NCBI RefSeq assembly: GCF_006345805.1
Contig: NW_021835726.1
Coordinates: forward strand, 1-38,889
Direction: 5' to 3'
DNA length: 38,889 nucleotides
DNA from: Octopus sinensis
Taxonomy: Eukaryota
The notes beneath the pieces are model-generated. The model had not been told where the DNA came from, did not search any database, and saw nothing but the letters and a program-made list of their open reading frames with translations. Of this stretch, positions 1-12,694 are shown one piece after another (position 1 is the first letter of the stretch; each line of letters starts with the position of its first letter). The position numbers and the translations under genes were made by a program.

Positions 1-109
1 TTATCTATATCTACCTCTATGTGTGCCTGTCTGTCTGATCTATCTGTCTATCTATATATCTGCTTATCTATCTATCTATCTATCTTTCTATCTATCTATC
101 TATCTATTG

Positions 110-155
<46 letters not shown>

Positions 156-166
156 GTCTATCTATA

Positions 167-199
<33 letters not shown>

Positions 200-200
200 G
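1..200. repeat. (TATC)n/(GATA)n microsatellite
   Basis: Direct tandem TATC units; source of the YLSI-type ORFs at 19-232. Confidence 0.97.
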
Positions 201-239
201 TGTATTTATCTGAACATGTCATAATTTTGTAGTGAACGG

Positions 240-495
240 AGCAAGGCACTGATTAGATGCTTAGAAGCAGTCGAAACACAATCTGCACAAAATAAAACCG
301 CAGAATAGTTGGTGGAGGTTCGTTTTCCATGCGCTCGCAGATGAGATTTGAGGCCAGCAAAAGACAGGTACAAACTCTGCACCAAAAAAGGTCATTGTCA
401 TTCACCTTCTCGATCGTTACATTCTTCCTGAGATCTCTTTGGAGTCTTACTTGTATTATTCTGGCCCCTCTAAATGCTTTAACTCCACTCCACAC
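240..495 (-). mobile_element. RTE-clade LINE 3' end (C-terminal zinc knuckle), frameshifted
   Basis: Minus strand reads VWSGVKAFRGARIIQVRLQRDLRK...DLFWCRVC then, after a frameshift, SFAGLKSHLRAHG. This matches the RTE C-terminal pattern W..GV..FE..R...KR..RK...C..C.S.AGL.SH.R.H. Confidence 0.7.
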
Positions 496-740
496 ATACA
501 TATATACATACAAACATACATACCTACTCCTAAAACTACAATCATAAAACACTCTAATTAAGTAATTTATCAACAGTGTCGCTGAGAGTACGTAGAATCA
601 CAGATATTAATTACTGAACTATTAATATTCTCATATAACGAAGGTGCTATCACACTTAAAGAACTTTTAGATGAAATCTGAAACATAAATTCATGCATAC
701 ATACATATAAGTTACATACATACATATATACGTACATATA

Positions 741-1063
741 TAGGGTTTTCGGAGAACAAAAATTACCCTATTCATACATTCCAAATGCAATCTGTTAGCA
801 GAAGAATAAAAATATGTAAGATTTTATTCAATTCTAAAATGTTTCTGTGATCTATATTATAATAATAGAGCTCAGAATCTTTGTTAGAAACCAATTCCTT
901 CAGATAAGGAATCAAAATAAATAATAAAACAGAAAACACACACAATAGGCAGAAACACAGAAACACACACACACACACACATACACACACACACACCACA
1001 TACACACACACACACACACATACACACACACACACACACACATATATATTTCTCCGAAACCTA
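741..1063. mobile_element. Possible short-TIR MITE remnant
   Basis: tagggttttcggagaa (741-756) versus the reverse complement of tttctccgaaaccta (1049-1063); TA at both ends; (CA)n inside. Confidence 0.3.
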
Positions 1064-1214
1064 TGTTACTATACACAAAATATTATAACATTTTTCTAAC
1101 ATAACGATTTAAATTTATTCTTTAACTATATAACACAAGCCTTCCGTACTTTTATCACTCCTTTTTGTATTTTATACATCCAACGAGGTGCTTTCATATA
1201 CCAACTTTTCACCT

Positions 1215-1259
1215 ATATACATATATATATATATAGTATATAGTATATATATATATATA

Positions 1260-1346
<87 letters not shown>

Positions 1347-1356
1347 TATTATATAT

Positions 1357-1392
<36 letters not shown>
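1215..1392. repeat. (TA)n microsatellite
   Basis: Direct tandem TA units. Confidence 0.95.
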
Positions 1393-1395
<3 letters not shown>

Positions 1396-1398
1396 ATA

Positions 1399-1791
1399 AA
1401 GGTATGTAGAAAAATACAACATGGACAAGAACGTATAACTCATAGAAGACGATACAATAAACATGGACAGGACATTCGAACCCTCAGTCTTCAGTCAAGA
1501 ACCGGATCATCGTAGTAATTTCGGCTGATTAATCTTGAGATTACTAGATCACGGGCCAGCCCTCCAAGAAAACTAAGCGGAAGCGTAGATTTCCTGGAAG
1601 AAGGATCGAATGCATACGAACACCAGACAGCAAAAGGGACATATAAAAAAAAAAAAACAAAAACACAAAATGGAATACAGAAACATGAATACAGAAGCAT
1701 TAACGGTGAAAAACAACATGTCTTCCGACTGATAACAAGCAAACAAATTTTTTTCTCTGGCGCATTGGAAAAAGCCTTTATAGCGGCGGAC
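1399..1791. repeat. Unclassified ~390-bp interspersed repeat, copy 1 of a direct pair
   Basis: Near-identical to 2183-2570 (aaggtatgtaga...agcggcggac). Confidence 0.9.
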
Positions 1792-2182
1792 GAAAAACAA
1801 CGATGTTAACACGACGAGGGTCAGGAGCTGAAAGGCAGATTTCGGCCAACAGTCACGTGACAGAAGAGGGAAAAAAAAGAAAGAGAAGCAAAGGAAGAGA
1901 TAGAAGAAAAGGGGGACAAAACGCAACAAAGAGAGAGAAGAGAGAGAAAGAAGGAATCAGAGAGGAAGGGATGGTGGTCGAAAATGACCTGTGAGTGCAG
2001 AGCGCGACAAAGAAATAGGAGGGTAGTGGAAGACAAGACCAAAGGATCAGAAGAAAGAGAAGATAATAGAGAGAAAGGTGAAAATGAGAGAGAGAGAGAG
2101 ACAAACAGAGAGTCTTACCAATTATTAAGATATGTGTTCACATTAATGATAAAGGGGGTACGGGGCGCCTTGAATATATGTT

Positions 2183-2570
2183 AAGGTATGTAGAAATACA
2201 ACATGGACAAGAACGTATAACTCATAGAAGACGATACAATAAACATGGACAGGACATTCGAACCCCTCAGTCTTCAGTCAAGAACCGGATCATCGGAGTA
2301 ATTTCGGCTGATTAATCTTGAGATTACTAGATCACGGCCAGCCCTCCAAGAAAACTAACTGGAAGCGTAGATTCCTGGAAGAAGGATCGAATGCATACGA
2401 ACACCAGGACAGCAAAAGGGACAGATATAAAAAAAACAAAAAACAATAAATGGAATACAGAAACATGAAATACAGAAGCATTAACGGTGAAAACAACAAG
2501 TGTCTTACGACTGATAACAAGCAAACAAATTTTTTTCTCTGGCGCATTGGAAAAGCCTTTAGCGGCGGAC
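2183..2570. repeat. Unclassified ~390-bp interspersed repeat, copy 2 of a direct pair
   Basis: Near-identical to 1399-1791; differences are mostly 1-nt homopolymer indels. Confidence 0.9.
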
Positions 2571-2579
2571 ATGTATATA

Positions 2580-2611
<32 letters not shown>

Positions 2612-3067
2612 GGCCTGCACGCTTAGGCAGCGGGGTGCAATCATTCGAAGGCGAAAACAATGCGAAGCATTGTGACCAGCAATGTGTAACTACATCTGAT
2701 GCACGGGTCGGTCACGTGATTACCTGATATATAATATGTGAGTATATAATCCCTCATCATATCTATGGAAATTCATATGGATTAGGTCCCTTCTCTGTGA
2801 TGCTATCAAAACTTTTTTAATATTCTGTGATAAGACTATACATCATCTTTAAAGAACTTTAATGAACTTTAAAATCTGTTTAATTATCTACATTACTTCA
2901 TGAGTATAGCCTCAAACACTAGGATGTCTAGAGAACTTACATGTATTTTAGCTGATGAGTACGGGACTCGTTTTATATGCTGTAACCTTTGCAACTTTTA
3001 ATAAAACCTGTCCTTGTATGAAACGATCGTACTAAAAACCTATCCAGTTTGTTGCTTCTTTCCTCGC

Positions 3068-3101
<34 letters not shown>

Positions 3102-3364
3102 ATATACACACACATATATAATATAAGTACGTATATATATGTATATCTAGGTGTTTTTGGAGATGTGTGCTGTGAGTAGGGATTTGTGTGAATGTGTGTG
3201 CGTTTTTGTATGTATATGTATGTGCGTGTGTATGTGTGTGCGTGTATATGTGTATATGTGTGTGTGTGTGTGTGTAATAATCAATTACATATTGGAATGT
3301 CTGTTAATGTAGCCTCTCTGAAATCTGAGATAGAATTTCTCTTTTAATTCATGCCCCCCCATAG

Positions 3365-3405
<41 letters not shown>

Positions 3406-4224
3406 ATAATTCCCCCCTCAAATACATAGCAACACTTGAAGAAATGTTTCACAGATACGGCTTCGGCACGGAAGACCACAGAGTTAATTCAATGCAAACA
3501 TTCTCCATGATGGGCCAGAGCGAAAATAAATATAAAGAACGGAAATTTTAAATAAAGAACCAAAAAGAAAAAAAGCACAGTTAATTAATCAAGATTTTGG
3601 TTGCATTGAAGAGAGGGAAAAATTGTTAGCATGATGCTTAAATCTGATCAAGACAGATTAATTATTATTTGATTAATGTAACATTGTACTGCTCACTACA
3701 TTAAATATATTAGCACCAACTTAGCGGCATAGCAACGAAAGCAACGCATGACATGACTATACGCTACATATTTAGCGCTCGGATTTTTTGGTTCTCTTTT
3801 ACATCGCATATGGATGTCGTTATATACACAGACGCACAACCGCCATACGGATATAAATACATATACCTATACATTCATTCGGAAAACAGTTTATAGTTTT
3901 CTACCACGTTTCTATCTATTTATTCAATTATTTATTTATTTATTTATTTATCTATTTATTTAGTTATGTATTTATTTAAATTTTAAATCAATCGGATTCG
4001 TAGTGATCAACACAATATGATGTAAAATAAATATACTTTTCTTCGTGCGTTAAATATGGTGTTAAAATTTTTTCTTCATTTCTGACGTAAAAAAAGCAAA
4101 AAAAAAAACACAAAAAAAAAACCGGTCACACAAAATAAAACCGGAGGTATTGAATCGAAGAAGCCAAAAGAAACAACCAAACACACACAAAAATAACCAG
4201 AAAATAAAACACAACTATATACTG

Positions 4225-4263
4225 AAAGATATGCCGTATATACATCCATATATATATATATAC

Positions 4264-4343
<80 letters not shown>

Positions 4344-4354
4344 GTCTAATATAT

Positions 4355-4401
<47 letters not shown>

Positions 4402-4430
4402 ATGTATATTTATGTTTATACAACATGTGT
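4225..4430. repeat. (TA)n/(TACA)n microsatellite complex
   Basis: Direct tandem units; similar arrays at 4650-4770 and 7090-7290. Confidence 0.9.
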
Positions 4431-4740
4431 ACACGGACATACGTATAGACATGAACCCCAAATATATGTTTAGTGTACACAAATGAAATAGACTAACATC
4501 TGAGTATTTGCACAGTCTTTTAGTCAATTTATGCGTTAAGTGAAATTGAAAAGATATAATGAATGATTGCATGTATGCATATTAGTAGTGTGTGTGGAGG
4601 GATATATACACAGTCATGTATGTGTATCTCTATGCATGTACATTCGTCTATATATATATATATATATGTATGTATATATATATATAAATATATGTGTGTG
4701 CTTACTTATAATGTAATTGAATATATATATAATTATATAA

Positions 4741-4777
<37 letters not shown>

Positions 4778-5016
4778 CCACAAATCCATAACTTTATAAG
4801 CAAAATGTATACATATGCATATATGGAGTACATGCATATGGGTATATATTACTTTAGCAAGCATATAGACGCACTTACGCATCTTTCTGTCTCTCACCTA
4901 TCCTGTCTCAATCTCATAGCCGGTTTTCTCACACAGTCACACACACGCACACACCACAGTCATACACGCAAACACACATACATACACACACACACACATA
5001 ACGAAATATATCTTTT

Positions 5017-5025
5017 ACTCACCTT
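5017..5025 (-). promoter_or_regulatory. Candidate 5' splice donor (AAG|GTGAGT) on the minus strand
   Basis: Plus-strand actcacctt reads AAG|GTGAGT on minus, a perfect U1 consensus, in non-repetitive sequence; no coding frame identified upstream. Confidence 0.25.
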
Positions 5026-5639
5026 TCAGACAGTTATGCATTCAGACACAATTTACATTTCAACATTTCGATATTAGTAACATTTCTCCAACATACACAC
5101 ACCTATATTTTCATCATAAAATAGAACGGTAAAATGCTATTATCTTTTTTGTTGCACTTCTTCCTGTCTCTCTATATTTAATATCATCTCATATTATCCA
5201 ACTCTTTTTTCCTTCGTTTTAATAATTTCAGTTTTAGCTAAACAGTGTAAACAACGTTTTTAATACGGTTTTACTCACAATTTTTTTCTCTCTCTCAAGA
5301 TTTCTTTTCATAAATATTTCCATAAAAATTGTTGTTTCAAATTCTTCTATTGATCAATAATTGGTACTGATGTTTTAGATTTTATTTATTTAGTTTAATA
5401 CTTTTAGTTGTTATTTTTTTTTATTTAAGTTGAATTTCATCCAATCTCCGTCCCCATGTCATATATAGCTTTTACGTTGTTTATTAAATATTTCTTAAGA
5501 TAGCCCGGGAAAATGGATAGATTCTTGTTTAAATATCTTTAGGTACTGTGTTCAAACGGTACTGTGGCACATAGTGCCTTCATTTATTGCTCATGTTTAT
5601 GACAGATTATAAAAATCATGTATCAGGCATACTCAAGAC

Positions 5640-5933
5640 CAGTAGTTACCAAAGTGGGCGGTACCTCCCCCTGGTGTGGATGCTAGAAAGATCCGGGGGG
5701 GGGTAGATGCCGTCGAAGAAATTGGGCTCTGATGATGGGGTGAGGAAAAGGAGGCAATGTGTGTACAAACAACAAAAGAATGGGTTAATTAGGTTAAGTT
5801 ATATGCGTGAAATACAATTTTCTTAAATGTTTTCCAGAAAGTGGTATATGTTTGTGATGGGGAGTCGGGCGTAGCTAGGAATGTGGCTTAGGTGCCAAGA
5901 GAGTAGCAGCTCGAAAATGGTTTGGAACCACTG
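5640..5933. mobile_element. hAT (Charlie-like) MITE
   Basis: Imperfect TIRs cagtagttaccaaag / rc cagtggttccaaacc. The 8-bp flanks ctcaagac and caccagag match at 5/8, and the left flank resembles the Charlie target NTCTAGAN. Confidence 0.65.
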
Positions 5934-6222
5934 CACCAGAGAATACCATTAGACTTCCTTCTCGCGCCAAATGCTGCTTCTTTAATCGTACTTGTATCAC
6001 ACTTTTGTGCGTTGGTTCCCTGCCTACAGTTATCATTATTCTGTAGTTAAGCGGTTGGTTTCGTATCTTCGCGGGTTATGGCTGAACCTAATTGCGAAGC
6101 CTCATGGATCGATATCGACTAATATACCCCAGGATACACCAAATCACTATGAATAAACAGTACGGTAGATCACTGGATGTCGCAACTATGATGTATACTT
6201 GATTGGCAAGTGTAATCTGTTA

Positions 6223-6454
6223 TAAGGCGGCAAGCTGGCAGAAACGTTAGCACACCGGGCGAAATTCTTAGCGGTATTTCGTCTGCCGCTACGTTCTGAG
6301 TTCAAATTCCGCCGAGGTCGACTGTGCCTTTCATCCTTTCGGGGTCGATAACTTAAGTACCAGTTACGCACTGGATTCGATATAATCGACTTAATACGTT
6401 TGTCTGTTTTTGTTTGCCCCTCTGTGTTTAGCCCCTTGTGGGCAATACAGAAAT
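6223..6454 (+). mobile_element. tRNA-derived SINE, family A, full monomer with 15-bp TSD
   Basis: A-box-like TGGCAGAAACGTT, B-box GAGTTCAAATTCC, tail ...gaaata; exact TSD aagtgtaatctgtta at 6208-6222 and 6455-6469. Confidence 0.92.
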
Positions 6455-7202
6455 AAGTGTAATCTGTTACATTTCCAGTCAGGTGTTAGGGATGTTGCAA
6501 GTAAGTGATGTTGCCTTAGTTCACTGTACAACACCGGACTGAAACATTGAGACTATCCACAGCAGAGGGCAGCACATACGTACAGCACCACACAAAAATA
6601 TCTTGATTATAATGTAATCTATCATAATGAACACCATTTATAAATTTTATCACGATTTACTAATAAAAAAATACCTCTTAATATATGTAAAATAACCGCT
6701 AGTAGCATAATACACACTTACTCCTCTGATACCATTTTACTTTAAAAAGAATTGATTGGAAATCTTATGTTGGAGAAGATCTGCTAAAGGCATTTATTAT
6801 TTCGCATGCAAATGAGAATCCATCTAAACACTGATTTGGGTTGAGCAAACCAGCTGACATTGATTTGGATATGTCGCATCGGTAGAAGTGGATTGGCCAG
6901 TCGAGTGGAAAATATAACTTACTCGCCGAACTTTCAATTAGGGAAGTGGATGATTTCATAAGAAAAGATGTCTGCAGGCTGATATGAGTCGTTTCTACAT
7001 CTGTTGATTAATATACCAAGGTGTACTGCCTAAATACTTACTAGTGTATTAGTCACGGCACTGTTCATTTCATTTAGAAGTGTTTACACATACACATACA
7101 TACATACACGTATATATATATATATGTATGTATGCATATATATATATATATATGTTTATATACATGTATGTATAGGTATATATATATATGCATATATATG
7201 CA

Positions 7203-7289
<87 letters not shown>

Positions 7290-7339
7290 TTCATACACAC
7301 ACATGTGTATGTATATACAGCATTCATTTTAGCTAGATT

Positions 7340-7600
7340 TTCCATCTAACATTTGAATGATTGCTTGTTGCGTAACCTTCTCCAAGCCGGTATATAATCC
7401 ACAACGCCTTGGATGTTAAGAACGCTTTCATAGTGATATGAAAATCTACCAAGGATCTTCGATTCCTCCCGGAGCATTATTTTCCATCAAGAGCCATGAG
7501 TTTCCTTATGCCTTTTCGCTGTGTGCCGTACAAATGATTTCATGTCATTTTTACTGGCATAATCTTGTCAGCAAATGATTTTAGATCAATAGAGGCAATT
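7340..7600 (-). mobile_element. Decayed RTE LINE fragment (endonuclease-RT linker)
   Basis: Minus strand, with stops and a frameshift: YASKNDMKSF...ALDGK / MLREESKILGRFSYHYESVLNIQGVVD, resembling RTE AD..D.KSFF...SLDG.....IL.RW.EHF..LLN. Confidence 0.55.
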
Positions 7601-7776
7601 GAGTAGTCAAAATTCGAAAAATTAAACTACGTTAATACTTACAAATTACAATTTACTCAAGAAAGCCAAGAGAAAAAAATATTTTATTTTGACACATTCT
7701 ACCAGTATACGAAGTTCAAAAGTGTTTAGTTAACTAGAAATTGTGTTTATATGTGCCGTTCAAAAGGAAAAGATTC

Positions 7777-7876
7777 GTACCAGTTATGAAATGGGGTCGA
7801 TATAATCGACTTAATCCGTTTGTCTGTCCTTGTTTGTCCCCTCTATGTTTAGCCCATTGTGGGTAGTAAAGAAATA
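7777..7876 (+). mobile_element. SINE family A, 3' fragment
   Basis: gtaccagtta...ggggtcgatataatcgacttaatccgtttgtctgtcc...gtagtaaagaaata matches the 3' half of 6223-6454. Confidence 0.85.
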
Positions 7877-8408
7877 TATATATAAGTTGTGAAACATCAG
7901 AATATTTTCTATGCTAGAATGTATGACTCTGAATCTATTGATATCAGCCAAGCAATTTCTAAACGTCTATTTTATCCCAGTGAGATGTATTTCCCGAAGT
8001 TCGCAACAAAGGTTCACGTGAGACAACGAATTAAAACCTTCAATCAATAAAACCGAGGAAATATGTCCCCGAGAATATAAGAGCGATCTAAAGGAATCCA
8101 GTGAAGATTTCTAGAGAATTAAAATGGTGTTAGGTGTTAGGTATTAGGTGTTAGCTTCCAATGGTTACAAAAAAAAAAAATGATTGTCGGAAGAAAATGT
8201 TTCTATGAAGGCCGAGTCTCAGACAAATACTGAATGAATAATTCAACAATGTTTTCAATAACCTAGATGTTATCATGCAAATCTCAGCATTTCCTCGATA
8301 TTTCTGATTTACCTAGAGGGCACGTGAGCAATGTGAAGCGAGGAAACAGACGCAAACGGAAGTTACACGGCTATAGAATAATTTATCATTATAACGTTAA
8401 AAAACTTC

Positions 8409-8606
8409 GCCCTTTTCAAGCCTAGCCAGGTTTCATGGGCCCGGTTTCCTGGTTACTGTGGCGTATGTGACCCCCCCCCCCAGCTGGACGGGGCGCCAGT
8501 CAATCGCAACGTTACTAAAAAATAAACAGGAAGAGAGAATGTGGCAAATGAGTACAACAGGGGTCGCCACCACCCTGTACCGAAGTCTCGTGGTGCTTTT
8601 AGGTGT
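8409..8606 (-). mobile_element. SINE family B variant (head missing) with V-domain-like tail
   Basis: 8520-8606 aligns with 22380-22458 (aaacaggaag...gagtaca.cagg...ctcgtgg.gcttttaggtgt). The tail on minus, ttgcgattgactggcgccccgtccagctggg, resembles the V-SINE motif ctgcgatggactggc..ccgtccag. Confidence 0.65.
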
Positions 8607-8953
8607 ACCTGTTCTTTGTCTATCTACTTATCCTCTTGGGGATTTTGGGTGAAATTATACTAATGGGTCCTTCAAATTTAATTAAATTCTATGGTTTTGT
8701 GCAACTGAAGATTCTACGCTTTAAATTGATGCAATGATTGCATTGTTCAATTAAATGTAGTCGCATGACACGATCGTACTGCATTAGCTCTGGATATCCT
8801 TGTTGCTCATTTTAATTATATATATATATATATATGTGTGTGTGTTTGCGTGTGTGTGTGTGTGTGTGTGTTGTGTGTGTGTGTGTGTGTATGTACGTAT
8901 GTATGTATATACGGCAGAAGTAATGCCGTTTTTCATTTGTATTTTTTATAGTT

Positions 8954-9443
8954 TTCTACTTTGTACAGAATGGTGCACGGCCTCACTGTGGAGGATTAAA
9001 CGTTCGGAAATGGTTAAATATTAAATTTCAAAGGAGGTGTATAGGACGTCGTGGAGCAATGGAGTTGCCTCCACTTGCACCACATCGAACACCACCTGAC
9101 TTTATCATGTGGGGTGTATTGAAGAATATTTTTTATTCCCTCAAACCAAAAACGATTGTTGAATTAAAACGAAGATTTGCCGATAATGAACACCATTGTA
9201 CTAAAAACAATGGGGAAGCATTTTGAACAAGCTAATTATTATTTTTATCATAATGAAATACGTTGTTTTGATGGAACAATACTTTATAAATTTCATAAAA
9301 CTACTGGAAATGTATTTTCATTAATTGGATGTTTTCGTTACTTTAACACCTCTAATAAATTTTTATACAATAATATTTACTACAGGAACAAATACACTAT
9401 AAAAATTACTAAATTAAAAAAGCATTAATTCTGCCGCACCCTG
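8954..9443 (+). mobile_element. Tc1/mariner (IS630-Tc1-mariner) transposon 3' part: dead transposase C-terminus and right TIR
   Basis: Open frame FYFVQNGARPHCGGLNVRKWLNIKFQRRCIGRRGAMELPPLAPHRTPPDFIMWGVLKNIFYSLKPKTIVELKRRF matches the consensus FQQDGAPPH...WIGRRG..EWP.RSPDLTP.DF.LWG.LK..VY..KP.T..ELK. Ends in caccctg|TA (9437-9445). Confidence 0.85.
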
Positions 9444-9462
9444 TATGTATGTATGTATGTAT

Positions 9463-9891
9463 GCGAGCTGGTAGAATCGTTAGCACGCAGGGCAAAATGC
9501 GTAGCCGTGTTTCGTCTGCCGTTACGTTCTGAGTTCAAATTCCGCCGAGGTCGACTTTGCCTTTCATCATTTCGTGGTCGATTAAATAAGTACCAGTTAC
9601 GCACTGGGGTCGATATAATCGACTTAATTCGTGTGTCTGTCCTTGTTTGTCCTCTGTGTTTATCCCTTTGTGGGTAGTAAAGAAATAGGTATTTTGTCTG
9701 TCGTTACTTTCCAAGTTCAAATTCCACTGAGGTCGACTTTGCCTTTCATCCATTCGGGGTCGATTAAATAAGTACCAGTTACGCACTGGGGTCGATTTCA
9801 TTGATTTAATCCGTATGTCTGTCCTTGTTTGTCCCCTCTTTCTTTAGCCCCTTGTGGGTAGGAAAGAAATAGGTATTTCGTCTGCCGCTAC
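9463..9891 (+). mobile_element. SINE family A multimer (head + two ~184-bp units + start of a third)
   Basis: A/B boxes at the start; body repeated with junction aagaaata|ggtattt at 9687/9688 and 9871/9872. Confidence 0.9.
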
Positions 9892-10386
9892 ATTAAGCAT
9901 TAATGTTTGCAATGGTTTAATGATTTTTTCAGTGATAGTTAAAGTACAAAATAAAATTATGAGAAGAAAACAACTGTAATATTTTTTAGTGTAACAGGAT
10001 TGGAAAAAATGCAATTTTCAGACAACGAAATATAAATTAAGAGATAATTAGAACAGCTGTGTTAATCATTTCACTAAGTCACGAGTTTTGAATATATTCG
10101 CATAAAAAAGCGATATTTCTGATATATGTATTATATAATTATATATACATACATCTCAAAATAAGTATCTATCGACATCTATATCTAATATATATCTGTC
10201 TATTTACGACTCTCCCGCGCACTTGGCAAATACTTACATAAATTCACATATATAAACAAACATATATGTATACATATACCTATATAACTATATTTATATA
10301 AATATTATATATATATCTATATATATATATAATATATATATATATAGCTAATCCAAACAAGAAACACAGAAAAAAACACCAACGCG

Positions 10387-10520
10387 AGGACGTGGAACAA
10401 TTAAAGTATTATTTGACGCTCAGGAAAGAAGGGAAAGAGGGTTTAACGTTTCGAGCGGAGCTCTTCGTCGGAAACAAGGGGAATGAAAGATCCAAGAAGG
10501 GAAGACAGAGGAAAAAAAAA
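10387..10520 (-). mobile_element. Penelope-like pLTR-derived fragment carrying a hammerhead-like motif
   Basis: Contains the motif at 10441-10475; PLE assignment is inferred from the established association of minimal type I hammerheads with PLEs. Confidence 0.5.
10441..10475 (-). ncRNA. Degenerate minimal type I hammerhead ribozyme motif
   Basis: Minus: gttt-CCGACGA-a-gagc(tcc)gctc-GAAAC-GTT-aaac. Stem I gttt/aaac, stem II gagc/gctc, palindromic ACGT stem III. Core has U4->C and a GUU triplet. Confidence 0.55.
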
Positions 10521-11045
10521 TATTTTTGTTGGTGGTGCTCAAGAGATCACATATATATATATATATATATATATAGACATATATATGTATATATATATGC
10601 ATATAAAAATATATACTCTTATATATATATAAATATATGAGTATGTGCGTGTGCTTGTGTGTGTGTGTATGTGTGTTTATGTATACGTAACTTCCAATAC
10701 GCCCTGAAAGTAAATGTTCAGCGAATCTCGCCGTATTAAGTGTTTGTTTCTCTTTTTGTCTTCTGCAATCTTATTTTTGCATGTTTTATATATATGAAGA
10801 ACTTTCCGTCCGTCTGGCTGTTTTTCTCTCTGCAAAACGGAAAGTTGAATTATGGGACAGTCATTTTAACGAGTATGTTAATGTATCACCCGTTGAGTTA
10901 CGTCTGCACCACCGGATACTCCTGAACCAGCTGTTGAATGTTCAGAAAATGTGTCGATGCTGCTAGATGTGTAGAAACAATTGTTGTGATTAATTATATA
11001 TTCTCGTGTATTCCATCTTCTGTCTTTCGTTTGTTATATAAATAC

Positions 11046-11200
<155 letters not shown>

Positions 11201-11215
11201 TAGATAGATAGATAA

Positions 11216-11372
11216 GTTTCTTTATTGGCCTCACAGGGCTGCACACAGATGGGACAAGTTACAAGAGCTTTTCTTTTGGGGGATAAAAAAACAAAAAACA
11301 AAAGAAACAAAAAAAGGGTGGCGTAGGTTTTCGATCAAGAGGGATCGTAAAAGGGAAGAAAAGAACAAAAAA
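11216..11372 (-). mobile_element. Retroelement 3' end (L1/Tx1-like?) abutting a (TATC)n array
   Basis: Homologous to 30385-30551 in the opposite orientation; ends cagccctgtgaggccAATAAAgaaac then microsatellite; clade unverified. Confidence 0.5.
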
Positions 11373-11384
11373 TATATATATATA

Positions 11385-11389
11385 GATAG

Positions 11390-11424
<35 letters not shown>

Positions 11425-11426
11425 TT

Positions 11427-11483
<57 letters not shown>

Positions 11484-11535
11484 TAGATAGATAGATAGAT
11501 AGATAGATAGAGAGAGAAAGAGATAGATAGACAAG

Positions 11536-11630
<95 letters not shown>

Positions 11631-11635
11631 AGATA
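11385..11635. repeat. (GATA)n microsatellite
   Basis: Direct tandem units; also 11160-11214 and 28945-29005. Confidence 0.95.
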
Positions 11636-11819
11636 TATATGCCTGCATTAATGATGTTCACAATTTATAGCAAAATATTCAATATTTACCCGTGTAAAGA
11701 AAATATATTGGTGCAGGAAAGAAATATATTATTCGGAATGATCCAAAATTATTCAAACTTCGCAAAACACTTATTTGAAGGCGTATTAGAAGTTAGGTAC
11801 ACAAACACACACACACAAG

Positions 11820-12240
<421 letters not shown>

Positions 12241-12660
12241 AGTAAGAAGTGAGAGTGTGTTGACATTATGTGGCAAGATCTATCGAGGAAAGGCTTATTT
12301 TCATATATTTCATTAGATTTCTCCAATATGGTGGTATGATTAATATGTGTTGCAACTAGACACATATGAATATTATGATTTATGAAGCTATGTCTGTCTC
12401 TCTTTTTATATTATATAAGATATTTCACTAATTAAATTATATTTCCTCACTTTTCCTGTCTCAATATTTGCATGGGATATATTGTTGTCAGATGTCATCA
12501 CAATTATAAATTAGTGTATATATTTATATATTATATATATATTATATTATATATAATATATATATATATATATAATACATAAACACACACATACAGAGAC
12601 ATAGACACAGAAACACAAACACATACATATACACATGTATGTATACATATATATACATAC

Positions 12661-12694
<34 letters not shown>

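Noticed and set aside
1462-1545. Hammerhead-like words on the minus strand of the duplicated repeat (CTGAAGA...CGAATGTC; also CTCAAGA...CCGAAA)
   Set aside because: No stem I or stem II pairing and GAAA is incomplete in the first; wrong topology in the second
2612-2712. GC-richer 100-bp block that looks like a common interspersed repeat fragment
   Set aside because: Only one copy in the window and no diagnostic ends, so it cannot be supported without a database search
2952-2975. CTGATGAG-tacggg-ACTC hairpin resembling a hammerhead start
   Set aside because: Followed by GTTTT instead of GAAA; no stem I or stem III
6226-6310. tRNA gene calls for A/B-box-containing heads (also 9463, 15864, 22490-22550)
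   Set aside because: No complete cloverleaf; each head continues into a repeated SINE body, with a TSD at 6208/6455
6765-6990. Protein-like plus-strand frame (GEDLLKAFIISHANENPSKH*...KWIGQSSGKY...)
   Set aside because: Internal stops, no recognisable motif, no splice signals; cannot be assigned
9463-9891. CRISPR-like or satellite interpretation of the 184-bp units
   Set aside because: Eukaryotic repeat context, no unique spacers or cas genes; the units are SINE bodies
10700-10845. Minus-strand acceptor (ttccgttttgcAG) followed by a ~50-codon open frame
   Set aside because: Lies inside the putative TIR element 10686-11797; no good donor or homology
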